Source: Barthelona sp. PCE (lineage: Eukaryota). From it: DNA of 64,000 nt. Shown piece after piece: positions 41,889 through 52,124 of this stretch (position 1 is the first letter of the stretch; every line of letters begins with the position of its first letter). The position numbers were made by a program, and so were the translations under genes. The stretch covers positions 186,001-250,000 of the forward strand of contig JAUFOR010000001.1 in the NCBI GenBank assembly GCA_040285745.1, read 5' to 3'. Below the pieces are notes generated by a model. The model had not been told where the DNA came from. It saw nothing but the letters and a program-made list of their open reading frames with translations, and ran no database searches.

Positions 41889-42155
41889 TTCCAGAGTCTC
41901 ATCCATGTTAACGGGTAATAAAGGAAAGTAATCAGATTCTTTACAGAGATCTAAGTTCGGATATGGTGCCGCATACGGGCTACCTTCTTCAGAGTTTGGA
42001 AGTCCATACAACTGAAAAATAGTAGTATTTCAATTACTAAATAATACAATAAAATAAATAGGAAACCTTAAAATGGTGAGAAATTGAAATACACCCGCAT
42101 ACGTTCTATTCCATTCTCTGTTCAAAATCAATTACAGGATCATCCTGATCAGGAC
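41889..42155 (+). repeat. Non-coding module B, copy 3 (interrupted by a 120-bp insertion)
   Basis: Matches the reverse complement of 4550-4660 on both sides of the insertion. Confidence 0.8.
41977..42096. mobile_element. Putative 120-bp MITE-like insertion (GGG...CCC) flanked by GCATAC direct repeats
   Basis: Absent from the homologous B copy at 4590-4601, which has GCATAC-GCATAC in tandem on the minus strand; terminal inverted repeats are weak. Confidence 0.55.
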
Positions 42156-42627
42156 CATCGTCCAATCAAAAAACATTAAGAAAGACGTGTAAAGTAATAT
42201 AAGTGTATGGCTATTTAATATGTTGCTGAAAGGAAATAAGAAAAACACTTGTAATTTAATTCTTACGATTTTGTGGTACATTATCAAGAAAAAACAATAT
42301 ACTATGGTACAATTAAAGCATAATCACGAATATAAATCCACGAAAACCAGTGGATATTGCAAATTATTGATTTTTTTCATTTCCGTTTATTTAGCAGCAC
42401 TTATAATAGCATAAAAAATATAATATGTTATTTTAAACAGAAATTTGGATTGAAAATTTATATTGTTGTCATATGTGATTGGGGTCATATTGTGCAGACT
42501 ATCATTTCCTTTTTCCTTCTTTTCAATAACTGTGTCACTAAATTTGTTTGGAACTTCACACTATTGAAGTGTGTTTAAGATTGTAATCAGATTTTTAACC
42601 CTTAACATCCATCATATTTTTTTAATT

Positions 42628-43071
42628 ATGAAGGAATCACTTGCTGTTCAGCAAAAGCAGACGTTTTGGACCTTGTTTTGTTTAATTTTCTGTTTTTTAA
42701 CAATGTTAACATTCTTTATGATGTTTTTCAGTGTAATCTTTTTTCAGTTTCCAACCCCACGGTTTATTTTTAATTTAGAGACGCTGAGTATTGACAATGT
42801 ACCAATGCTTAAACTCTATTACTCTCTATGTCTATTTTTATCAGCTGTATTTTGTGGAGCACTCGAAGGACTCCTTCTACGCAGCCCTAAACGCGCATTG
42901 GACTATGCAGCCTCAACCATTGCGTTTTATTTTATTATCTGCCTGTTTGTCAACGGTTTCCATTTTGCTGGTTTTGTATATTGTGTGATAGCTTTTGTGA
43001 TACAGTATATTTTTACAATACTTGTAGTCGCGTCTCTTCGTAAAAAAACAATTGCATTTTTCTCACAATAA
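42628..43071 (+). CDS. SYS1: Sys1-like Golgi integral membrane protein
   Basis: About four hydrophobic segments in ~147 aa; LRSPKRALDYAASTIAFYFIICL resembles the Sys1 R-K-LDF motif; ATG at 42628. Confidence 0.65.
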   Translation: MKESLAVQQKQTFWTLFCLIFCFLTMLTFFMMFFSVIFFQFPTPRFIFNLETLSIDNVPMLKLYYSLCLFLSAVFCGALEGLLLRSPKRALDYAASTIAFYFIICLFVNGFHFAGFVYCVIAFVIQYIFTILVVASLRKKTIAFFSQ

Positions 43072-43131
43072 TCATGATGGTAGGATTTTTGCAATTAAAA
43101 TAATTAGGAAAAAACCGCTCCTTTATGCTAT

Positions 43132-44604
43132 TTATTGCTGTGGTTTATCTGTCTTGTGTGAAATAAAATCTTTCCCTTTCAGTGCAACACCTTGTTCAAA
43201 ACGACCACTTTGTGTGCGACGTGCGTATATTCCCTCTCTAACATTCTCATCAAAATTGCTCTCTTCCTCCATACCACTTCGATCAATAATGTTCACAGTT
43301 CCATTAAACTTGCCATTGATACTGGTTCCTTTCATGAACTGACCATCATTGGTGTGCAGAGTTCCTGTACCGTTAGGGACACCATCAAGAAAGCTACCTA
43401 CGTACCTGGATCCATCTCTGTTGATCATGGCTCCTCTTCCATTAGGTTTGTTCTCAGAAAACTTTCCTTCGTAGATTCCATTCTTGTCTAATAGACGGCC
43501 TTTTCCATGTGATACACCGTGGAATTGACCTTCATAGAATTGGAATTCATTGTTTCCGTTGTTAGTAGCGCGTAACTCTCTACCAATACCTCTTTTTTCA
43601 TTATTCACAAAAGTTCCAATAAAAACACTGATGGGGTTTGTAACATCGGTCTGTACCTCTATTCCCATCCCATGCATCACCCCGTGGCTGAAAACGGCTC
43701 TTTGTACAGTATTATGGTCCTTACTGATACAGAGCCCCAACCCATGTGGAAGTCCGTCATCATCGAGCTGTCCAAAAAATATAGATTCGTCTTCCAGGAT
43801 AATAAAGGGCACTTCTGGCCTATCTAACTTTGGGGTTTCTACTTTTGGAGCAAATACGTTGATATCAGGATGCTCTACTGTAAAGAAGGCATCTAGCATT
43901 AATGACACACATTTTTTCCCCAAGGAACGCGGATCCTTACCGTTTATGCGTTGCTTTGCCGTTATTCCTTGCTGTGGTGGAGGGAGATTGAATAAAATAG
44001 AAGAAAACACACTTGTTAACCTATCTAAAAACAAATGACGTAAGTGTACAGGTTGCTCTAATACAGCGCTGTTCAGGGCCGTGAACAGCGAGCCCAACAT
44101 ACCTCTCTGCGTGCTATCTATTATCGAAACGTAGCAGAACAGAGACCGCAAGGAATTGGAGTCAGGAACAGATTTTGAAACGGATTCAAGCATTAGAAGG
44201 CGAAGGTCGGGCCGAATCACCTCCCTCTGTCTGTAGTATTCTGTTAATAAGAAGCCTAGTTCATTTGCGTAAAAAGTTTCTAGCAAAGAACTGTACTGAA
44301 TATCAAAGGATTTATCACAGAACATGGAATTCCATGTGCTAAACTTGTTCCTGATCTTATTATCTATGTCATGTACTTCAAATACATCAAAAGAATGGGG
44401 AGCATAACTTAAAAAGGCTTGAAATAATGTTTGTAAGAAGGGCACTGACTTCATGAAGGGTACATTCATAACCATTACTCGTAATTCCTGTGTAGATAAG
44501 GCAGAAAACGCCGGAGGCTGAATTGCGGGATCTCCGCCTCGCAATTTCGATGATGGTGATATCGACCCCGTGGTGCTGGACAACCCTGAAGGACTCGTTG
44601 GCAT
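43132..44604 (-). CDS. MORN-repeat protein
   Basis: YEGQFHGVSHGKG, YEGKFSENKPNGRG, YVGSFLDGVPNGTG. Confidence 0.88.
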   Translation of the reverse strand: MPTSPSGLSSTTGSISPSSKLRGGDPAIQPPAFSALSTQELRVMVMNVPFMKSVPFLQTLFQAFLSYAPHSFDVFEVHDIDNKIRNKFSTWNSMFCDKSFDIQYSSLLETFYANELGFLLTEYYRQREVIRPDLRLLMLESVSKSVPDSNSLRSLFCYVSIIDSTQRGMLGSLFTALNSAVLEQPVHLRHLFLDRLTSVFSSILFNLPPPQQGITAKQRINGKDPRSLGKKCVSLMLDAFFTVEHPDINVFAPKVETPKLDRPEVPFIILEDESIFFGQLDDDGLPHGLGLCISKDHNTVQRAVFSHGVMHGMGIEVQTDVTNPISVFIGTFVNNEKRGIGRELRATNNGNNEFQFYEGQFHGVSHGKGRLLDKNGIYEGKFSENKPNGRGAMINRDGSRYVGSFLDGVPNGTGTLHTNDGQFMKGTSINGKFNGTVNIIDRSGMEEESNFDENVREGIYARRTQSGRFEQGVALKGKDFISHKTDKPQQ

Positions 44605-44680
44605 AGATTTTACGAGTCAAGTGAGAAATCGAGAAACGAGTTTGTTTCTCGTTTTTCACGATCTTTTCTGACTGATATGC

Positions 44681-45970
44681 ATGCGATTTGAAAACGATAG
44701 CCGAAGAACGATATTTCAGCAGGCTGCAAAGCACACACAACACTCTGCTCCACAATCTCAGCGTGTTTCACCGGTAGAGGATGAAGTAATCGTCCAACAC
44801 ATGGAACCCGCTCCGGGGCCGAAGAGCATAGTGGTGAATCACTCAGGAAGTCCTCCAGTATCGCCAATTGGCATACAAAAAAATTCGCAATCCGAACAAA
44901 TAATGCAACAGATACCTTCCATAGGTCAATCTTCTGTACAGTACATCACAGTTCCTGTATTTTTGCCCCAGAAAACATTAGGAGATTTTTTTTCTGCGGA
45001 TGTTGAACAGATATTTTTCGATAGTTTCTCTACATACTTCCGCTGTTTCACAACATTCTCAATGTTCCGCAAAAGCGCTATTCTTGATCATCTCATTGGT
45101 CTAATAGAAGGGTATATCATTTCACTACCAAGTGACATACATACTCATGTTTTGAAGATTTACACAATATTTGCAAATTACCTAACATTTTTGAACAGCA
45201 TTGGTGACCCGGTAGTTATTGGTGAGCAGTACGAGAGATTTGAGATAGTCTTTTTAGAAACACCAAAGTTGGTAACCTTTACTCAAAACATCTTGAAAAG
45301 AACTTGTGAGGTCTGGGTCCGCGCAGATATGCTCCTTGCGTTTATGAAAATAACAAAAATACTATCCAGTCGAGGTTATTTCCGTGTTTTTTTATCATTT
45401 AACAGCGATTTAATGACTTCTTTTACCAGTTATCTGAAGTTCAGTGACGGCAATCTCTTCACGTTTGTGGACGCCATTGCTTTCTGGACGCTGTTTAGCG
45501 ATGTCTGTTTGGACCTTTTTGATTTAGTGTTGTGTTTGGACAATGACGATAAAAAAAAAATGAGACTTCTAGCGGATATTGCAGCGATAAAGCCATCAAT
45601 TTACAAGAAGCTGGGCTTGGATAATCAGGAAAACCCGAGCATAGCACTAAGCAGCTTTTTTAAAAAGTGCTACTATGGAATTGTTACAAAAAGTGGGTTG
45701 CTACATCTACCAACTTTCACCAACGCGTTGCTGTTGGTATTTGGAAGGATGAAAGTCGGTGATGTCTACACAGAAGGCATACAGCAAATGTTCAAATCGA
45801 ACCCTGGATTCCAGGGACAGTATACAAGAAATGAAGAGCAGGAGATGCCACAGCAGGAGGCGCTTGATCACCTTGTTACAAAGATAATACGTATTGCAAA
45901 GATAGGACAACAATTCTTGCAAAGTAGAACTGTTCGTGATGTGATTATAATGACTGAATTGGAGCTCTAA
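44681..45970 (+). CDS. Uncharacterised protein (disordered N-terminus, helical C-terminus)
   Basis: 429-aa ORF. Confidence 0.75.
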   Translation: MRFENDSRRTIFQQAAKHTQHSAPQSQRVSPVEDEVIVQHMEPAPGPKSIVVNHSGSPPVSPIGIQKNSQSEQIMQQIPSIGQSSVQYITVPVFLPQKTLGDFFSADVEQIFFDSFSTYFRCFTTFSMFRKSAILDHLIGLIEGYIISLPSDIHTHVLKIYTIFANYLTFLNSIGDPVVIGEQYERFEIVFLETPKLVTFTQNILKRTCEVWVRADMLLAFMKITKILSSRGYFRVFLSFNSDLMTSFTSYLKFSDGNLFTFVDAIAFWTLFSDVCLDLFDLVLCLDNDDKKKMRLLADIAAIKPSIYKKLGLDNQENPSIALSSFFKKCYYGIVTKSGLLHLPTFTNALLLVFGRMKVGDVYTEGIQQMFKSNPGFQGQYTRNEEQEMPQQEALDHLVTKIIRIAKIGQQFLQSRTVRDVIIMTELEL

Positions 45971-46908
45971 AATGCGTTCTTGAACTCATACTCAAGCTCC
46001 TCAGTTGGCCTTGCAAGAATATCTTCCACGGCACGGTTCATCTGTGGGGTAAATTCCGACTCAAACTCTTCGTCTTCGTCTACATCCAGCAAAACCTTCA
46101 TTCGTGCCAAGTCATACGTGTTCTGCTGTAAGTTTGCAATCCTTTCCATGTTAGCTTTGCGCTTTGACTGGATATGCTGTTTTTTCATTCGTCTTTGTTG
46201 AGATTTTTGTTCATGGTGATGCTGTGTCTGTTGCAGAGGACCAGATGTGCGGTACCGTGGCCTACGTGACCCACTCAACGGTGTTTTGTACATTTTCGAT
46301 AAATAAAAAGCGCCGTTCTTTGCCATAGACCTTATACTGTTGTACATATTATTCAGCTCGTCTAAATTGGAAAAAGATGGAGGTAGATACTGGTGGAAGA
46401 ACTTACATGACGTGTATGTCTGCTCTGCTTGCGTGAAAATGCCCTTTGAGAAACGGCGGATGAGCTCGAGTATATGCTTTTCTTTCAGTGTTCTAAGCTT
46501 ATCTGCTGTAATCATATACTGTGCATCGTCTAGGTTTCTGATGATGAAGTCGCTGAGATTCAAGATCTTTCTGAACTCATAACTAGAACAGATACCGTGA
46601 TTAAGTTTTGAAAATCTTACTGTACGTTCTTGGACTTCCTCATTTGCTAAAGACTCAAGGTACGCACAGAATGAGCTGATTAGGTAGTAGCACTCACTCA
46701 TTCCATTGGTCCATCCCTTAAGGTTCTCCAAAAATAGAGCTGGAGTTACTGGATCAGGTAGAATGTCATCGATGTCTTCGTCCTCTGAATCGGAAGGGAC
46801 ACGGGATAAACCCCCAGCGAGCATCGGTTTCGGCGCTAAATTATGTAAATCCAAAACTTTTGGGAGTGATTCTGAACTCTGTAGCATTTCGGGATTTAAT
46901 TCATTCAT
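45967..46908 (-). CDS. Uncharacterised protein
   Basis: 313-aa ORF; stop overlaps the convergent gene's stop. Confidence 0.72.
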   Translation of the reverse strand: MNELNPEMLQSSESLPKVLDLHNLAPKPMLAGGLSRVPSDSEDEDIDDILPDPVTPALFLENLKGWTNGMSECYYLISSFCAYLESLANEEVQERTVRFSKLNHGICSSYEFRKILNLSDFIIRNLDDAQYMITADKLRTLKEKHILELIRRFSKGIFTQAEQTYTSCKFFHQYLPPSFSNLDELNNMYNSIRSMAKNGAFYLSKMYKTPLSGSRRPRYRTSGPLQQTQHHHEQKSQQRRMKKQHIQSKRKANMERIANLQQNTYDLARMKVLLDVDEDEEFESEFTPQMNRAVEDILARPTEELEYEFKNAF

Positions 46909-47130
46909 ATGTATATGTATTATGCCCTAGAAACTCAAAAATGGAGAAAATTTTGAACAAAAAATGAGGTTTTCTCCGTTGTTAAAGGATAGAAATGGGA
47001 TATCGATGTTTTGTATGTATTTCTGGAAAAAACTTCCTCTGTTGGTGGGAAATACTGCATTTCACAGTTCTCAACGATTATTATTACTGCTTCATTGAAA
47101 TGTATTTGTATTTATTTCCTTTTCAACTTG

Positions 47131-48924
47131 ATGACTGAGCTTCACACAACTCTTATCAAGTTCTTGCATAAAAACAGCCAGGTCAAGGAACAGGAGGAAG
47201 GTACTTCTAATAATGTTTCAGCTTCAGATTATACAGCTCCAGTCAATTCAGCACAGGGTTTATTCACACCATTAGGTCCTCCAATGGGCTCAGTCAGCTC
47301 CCCACGATCATCAATGACTGATAAATCTGCTTCAAAATCATTTCTTTGGATGGTTGACGACATTCTGCAGTCTGAGAGCTTTAGAAACATGACATCTGAG
47401 GATGAACTTGTGTGGATAGAATCTTTAGTCATTAAGGCGAACGAGGGAGACAGGGAGGCGTATGATGTACTTTATTCGATTTTTGTTGATCAGCAAGAAG
47501 AGAGGCAGAAGAAGAAGAAGAAGCACAGGCGTCTAAAGCGGAGCTCTATACGCAGGGTTCTGGAAACAGCTGGAAACCATGGAAGATCAGTCATAGGATA
47601 TCTTTCAACACAGTTATGGTATCGCACAGAACATGAAGCTCCATCAACGCTTTTGTTGTTGGAGACACACCATGCTCACCTGAAGCTTCTCTTTATAGCC
47701 TTCCCAGATTCAGATTTCAGCCAGATACAGGTCTTCCATGGAGGTTCATCTTTGACCCCCATTGAAGTTAATGTTGTACATATGGGCTACCCAGCAAAGA
47801 GCGCGAACTGCATCAGGTTCCTAGAGGGGGATTACGCTGAGTTAGAGAAGGAAGAGACGAAGTTGAAAGTCGCAGCCTTTGAGGCCCGCTTTGTGGTTGA
47901 TTCCACAACTAAGCACTTGATTTTGGCGTTTCCGGATGACTCTCGCTTGGCAGGGCTCAACGTCATGGCGCTCAACGATGATAGTGTAACCGGGTTTACA
48001 CCCGTGCCCGATGTGATTTTGAGCGTGGAGCCAACGGCTGTTGAATCACCACAGCCTCTATCAGCCGTAGAAGAGCCTGCAGTTAATGATGAGGCAGAGG
48101 AGATCAAGATGAGAGCAGTTAATGATGCTGCAAAGCAGCAAGATGAGATTCGCATGCTTAATGAAATGATAAAGGAGGTTGTCAAAACACCCGTCAAGAA
48201 GAATGAGACAAAGACAGCTGAGGTCCAGGCGACACAGAAGACATCAGTTTCACACACACAACATTGTACAGTCATGGTGAATGCTGAAGTACAGAACGTA
48301 GCAGAGACTCAGGACGTAGGTGTTCAGGCAGACTTCACACCTCTTGTTATTGGAAGCGGAATTGCATATGTATATCCCGTAGGGAATTCCTTAAAAGCAG
48401 TCGATTCTCCCAAAATAACAACGTGTGTTGCCCCCGTCACCCCCAGTCGCATGACACCTATCCTTGACTCACCTTTGCCAAAGGCCAAGTTCGTAACAGA
48501 CCCCATTATAGACGATGATGATATTGTAACCAAGCGGATAACTTTCAGTGACGAAGTAATAGTTTTTGATGAAAATGACGATGTGCTTGATATGGATGGC
48601 ATGTCTACGCCACCAAAGCTTAGCCCCGAACCGACTGTTTGTTTGGAACTGGATACACCCCCTAGAAAGATTCAAAAAGTAGGTGTGAGGCATAGTGACG
48701 TCATTTATTATCACGTTTCAACGTTTTTCAACAGTATATACCGTTCAGTGTGCCGTGAGATCTCAGATATGGTCGAGAAGACGGAGCAATTAGTTGAATG
48801 GGATGAAGATGAAAAGTACGCATTGAGAGTTACTCTTGCCATTGATGACTATCTCAGTAAGACCGCAAACAGCCTTGTACAGAACGCAGTTATCAACGCC
48901 CAGGCTCAGCAGTCTCCGGTTTAA
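47131..48924 (+). CDS. Uncharacterised protein with basic NLS-like stretch
   Basis: Long ORF; first ATG at 47131; RQKKKKKHRRLKR. Confidence 0.75.
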   Translation: MTELHTTLIKFLHKNSQVKEQEEGTSNNVSASDYTAPVNSAQGLFTPLGPPMGSVSSPRSSMTDKSASKSFLWMVDDILQSESFRNMTSEDELVWIESLVIKANEGDREAYDVLYSIFVDQQEERQKKKKKHRRLKRSSIRRVLETAGNHGRSVIGYLSTQLWYRTEHEAPSTLLLLETHHAHLKLLFIAFPDSDFSQIQVFHGGSSLTPIEVNVVHMGYPAKSANCIRFLEGDYAELEKEETKLKVAAFEARFVVDSTTKHLILAFPDDSRLAGLNVMALNDDSVTGFTPVPDVILSVEPTAVESPQPLSAVEEPAVNDEAEEIKMRAVNDAAKQQDEIRMLNEMIKEVVKTPVKKNETKTAEVQATQKTSVSHTQHCTVMVNAEVQNVAETQDVGVQADFTPLVIGSGIAYVYPVGNSLKAVDSPKITTCVAPVTPSRMTPILDSPLPKAKFVTDPIIDDDDIVTKRITFSDEVIVFDENDDVLDMDGMSTPPKLSPEPTVCLELDTPPRKIQKVGVRHSDVIYYHVSTFFNSIYRSVCREISDMVEKTEQLVEWDEDEKYALRVTLAIDDYLSKTANSLVQNAVINAQAQQSPV

Positions 48925-51193
48925 TCGAGGACATCATGCTGGATAGTCGCATGATTTTATCTTCGTCTTTACGCACCTCATCAACCAGTTCAAACACTTC
49001 TCGTTCTAGATTATCAATAAAGTCCGATTCTTTGATGCGTTGCTGCAGAGAGTCATACTTCTGAAGAACATCACGATGGTTCTTCAACAGAAGTGCGTAC
49101 TCATCTATGTGTTTGGTGATTTCCTCCTTCTGCTTCGTAATTTGGTTGCCTAATTCGGCGGTTACAGCTTTTTCGGTGGTCAAACGTTTGTTGATTGTGT
49201 TTCTTTCCTCCTCCAGAACAGCTACACGTTTCTTTGCACTATTGAGCAACTTCTCGGTCTGAAGAAGATCGGCTTTTATCGTTGCAACATTCTGTAGCAG
49301 AACGCTCTGATTTGCAGCTTCAGATTCACGTTGCTTTTGTGCCAGTTCCTTAATGGACTGAATTTCCGCCGCACTCATGTATTTCAAAGCAGTAATACTG
49401 TTCTGTATGCTCGACATCATGTATTCGAGGTCATCATTAGCATGCTGCAACTCAAAGCGTACAACACTGGATAGCCCTTTTAGTGAATGCCTGAATTCAC
49501 CCAGTTGTTCAGTGATCTGATGTGTGTCTGTTAATGTATTCTTGTCACGTTCCGATAACGTGTGCTGCAGAGCTTCGGTCTTGGTGCGAAGAGCTTCATA
49601 TTTGTCAGGGTACTCGCTCAAATTGTTGATTTGCGACTTTAGTGCCTGTATAGTTTTTGTTTTCTCGCTGACTACCGCCTCGATAGCTTCAACGTTGGTT
49701 TGGAGCTCAGTGTTCTTGGATGTCACACGTGCGTTCTCTTCAAAAACATCGTCGACACGCTTTGCTCGTTCGTCAACGCTCTCCAACTGTGCCTCAAGCG
49801 CTGCGTTTCTCTCTGTGAGCTGTTCAATTTGTTTTAAGTGTATTTGTGTGGAATTTGTGGTCTGCATTGTCATCATCTCAGATTCCCAAGTTTTTTCTTC
49901 TGTGGCCATTAACGCTGTCTTGCACTTTTCCCTCAGATCAGCATTCTCCTCTTGCAGCTTGCGCACGTTTTGCACAACATCATCGCCAACAATTTCAACA
50001 AGCTCTTTGTGTAAAGATACAGTCGGCTTAGCACGGCGAATCTGTGCTTGAAGACAGGCAACATGGTCTTCCACATCAACCATCAGCTTCTTTTTGTATT
50101 CTTCCATTGCAGTTTCGTGTTGTCGGACCAAAACTAGACGCTTCGCCTCAAGCATCTCGTCTACAGTTGCTTGAGAGTATATGTTCTTCCCTACCGCGTC
50201 GATCTTCTCTCGCATAAGCTCATGGTACGTTTGCAACTTGCGCTGGACTTCTGTCTCGATAACACTTTCGTTGGACTTTCGAACATGATCTAGTTCTTCT
50301 CTTAAAAGGCAAGCCTTCTGCTGCTCACGTGTGTACTCAGTCTGCATATCTTCATAGTTCTTTTGCATTGTTTTATACTCGAGGGAGACGGTTTTATGTT
50401 TCTTTAACAAATCAACTAAAATTCCTTGACTTTCTTCTACACGTCGACCTATCTCGTGCTCTCTCTTTTTCATAGCAGCGGATTCCTCACTCAATACATC
50501 TACTTCCGCCTTAAGACGATTTCTATCGTGCCTTAACCGTTTGTTTTCACCATCCAGCTGTGTAATACGTGCCCGACTTACCAAGTCAGCCTCGCAAAGC
50601 TCAATGAGCTCCTCCACCTCGCTTCGCATGCCGCGCACCTCACTGCGGATCGCTGGGACATCTAAATATACGTCTTTTTCAGTATAAACGTTGACAAGTC
50701 CATTACTTTTTTTTAGGTCTTTGTTTTGTTCCTTCAGTAAAGCCATCTCTTCTGTAACAAGGGCCAGCTGCTTGCGGAGCTCGTCTGCTTCCCTTGATAA
50801 TTCATTTGTCTCCATCTCTCCAAGTTGTACGAGTTCACGACAAACACTTGAGTTCATTGTTGCATTGTCCAGCACTTCTACATTTTCTGCCCGTGCCCTA
50901 AGCATCGCGTTGAGTGACTGTAGGTTGTCAATCTGGGTTGAAAGTTCTGCTACGTTCTCTGATTGCTCAAGCTTTGTTATCTTTTCTTGAAGTGTTTGAA
51001 TCAAATCGATGTGAAATGTGCTGAGAGATCCCTCTATCAATTCGAGGATCCTATGCGGAATGTACTGAGCTGTTGAATCGTCGTTTTTCATGACTTTGAT
51101 TGCTGGATCGTTCATACAGCATTCTGAGCATGTTTTAGAGACCACATCTGCAATGCGGTCCAGATGCTGAGTTAAATATTGCTCACCATCCAT
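48893..51193 (-). CDS. Long coiled-coil protein
   Basis: Heptad-rich ORF; first ATG at 51193. Confidence 0.8.
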   Translation of the reverse strand: MDGEQYLTQHLDRIADVVSKTCSECCMNDPAIKVMKNDDSTAQYIPHRILELIEGSLSTFHIDLIQTLQEKITKLEQSENVAELSTQIDNLQSLNAMLRARAENVEVLDNATMNSSVCRELVQLGEMETNELSREADELRKQLALVTEEMALLKEQNKDLKKSNGLVNVYTEKDVYLDVPAIRSEVRGMRSEVEELIELCEADLVSRARITQLDGENKRLRHDRNRLKAEVDVLSEESAAMKKREHEIGRRVEESQGILVDLLKKHKTVSLEYKTMQKNYEDMQTEYTREQQKACLLREELDHVRKSNESVIETEVQRKLQTYHELMREKIDAVGKNIYSQATVDEMLEAKRLVLVRQHETAMEEYKKKLMVDVEDHVACLQAQIRRAKPTVSLHKELVEIVGDDVVQNVRKLQEENADLREKCKTALMATEEKTWESEMMTMQTTNSTQIHLKQIEQLTERNAALEAQLESVDERAKRVDDVFEENARVTSKNTELQTNVEAIEAVVSEKTKTIQALKSQINNLSEYPDKYEALRTKTEALQHTLSERDKNTLTDTHQITEQLGEFRHSLKGLSSVVRFELQHANDDLEYMMSSIQNSITALKYMSAAEIQSIKELAQKQRESEAANQSVLLQNVATIKADLLQTEKLLNSAKKRVAVLEEERNTINKRLTTEKAVTAELGNQITKQKEEITKHIDEYALLLKNHRDVLQKYDSLQQRIKESDFIDNLEREVFELVDEVRKDEDKIMRLSSMMSSIKPETAEPGR

Positions 51194-51377
51194 AAAAAAA
51201 TGAGAAATGGGAAAAATTTGTGAATACAAGGAGATGTATTATCAACGTGCATATTTAGGCGTTTGGGTTACGTTTCATCTCATATGTGCTCGTTTGAAAC
51301 CCAAAAAATTGTATTTACGATTTTTCGTCATTTCTTTCTATTTCGATTTGTTGTAGTATATTTGAACACTAGATCAG

Positions 51378-52112
51378 ATGGAAGCAGCTCTACAATTTTT
51401 GAAAGGGGACTTGGAATCTCATTATGATAAGGAAAAGGGCACAAACGTTACTAAAACAGTGGATAATTCTATTATCGCTTACACAGCACGCTACCCTCAG
51501 AAGTACGCCCCTGACAAGATCATGCAGGCACACAGAGACATTGTGAGAGAGTTTAATTCAGAAAAAATTCATATTCGTGGTATTCTTATCGTTCTACCCA
51601 AGGTTTGCGTTCATGTCTTGGAAGGAGATTACGCCGACATCTTGCGTATTGCAACCCGTTTTCATATGGATGAGGTGGAAATGAATATCGTCGACACCAA
51701 CGTTTTCCTTACTTGTTCAGATTGTCCAATTCGTTTCAGAGGTTGGGACTCCATCGTCATCAACTCTATTCCTGCGGAAGTCGATATGGTTGAGGAAGAA
51801 CAGGCCATCACAAGCGCCCGACGACTTCGAAAGATCTTATTGGCTCTTGGGGACCACGTAGTAACATTACCCGAGAGTGAAGTAACTGCGTTTCTCCTGC
51901 GCGTTAAGGACACAAACCCCACCCTCATTCCATCAGACGAGAACATCCGAGTTGTTATGGAGAGTGCGTCTGCTTTCCCCAATTTGCTGGAGTGGGAGGA
52001 AATCTTTAGACAGGCATACGAGACCGAGTTGGTCACGGACAAGATGGTACCGGTGCTGCAGCCCATGAAAATTCCATTGGTGATGCCAGAGATACCCGTT
52101 GTTGAAGAATAA
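51378..52112 (+). CDS. TEX47/DYBLUP/MOT7-like BLUF-fold axonemal protein
   Basis: IRGILIVLPKVCVHVLEG resembles the ITGLLL...HxLE motif of the BLUF/TEX47 fold; size fits. Confidence 0.65.
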   Translation: MEAALQFLKGDLESHYDKEKGTNVTKTVDNSIIAYTARYPQKYAPDKIMQAHRDIVREFNSEKIHIRGILIVLPKVCVHVLEGDYADILRIATRFHMDEVEMNIVDTNVFLTCSDCPIRFRGWDSIVINSIPAEVDMVEEEQAITSARRLRKILLALGDHVVTLPESEVTAFLLRVKDTNPTLIPSDENIRVVMESASAFPNLLEWEEIFRQAYETELVTDKMVPVLQPMKIPLVMPEIPVVEE

Positions 52113-52124
52113 ACAGTGTACCAT

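Noticed and set aside
41943-41977. ACAGAGA box suggesting U6 snRNA
   Set aside because: No AGC triad or U6 internal stem-loop follows; it is part of repeat module B.
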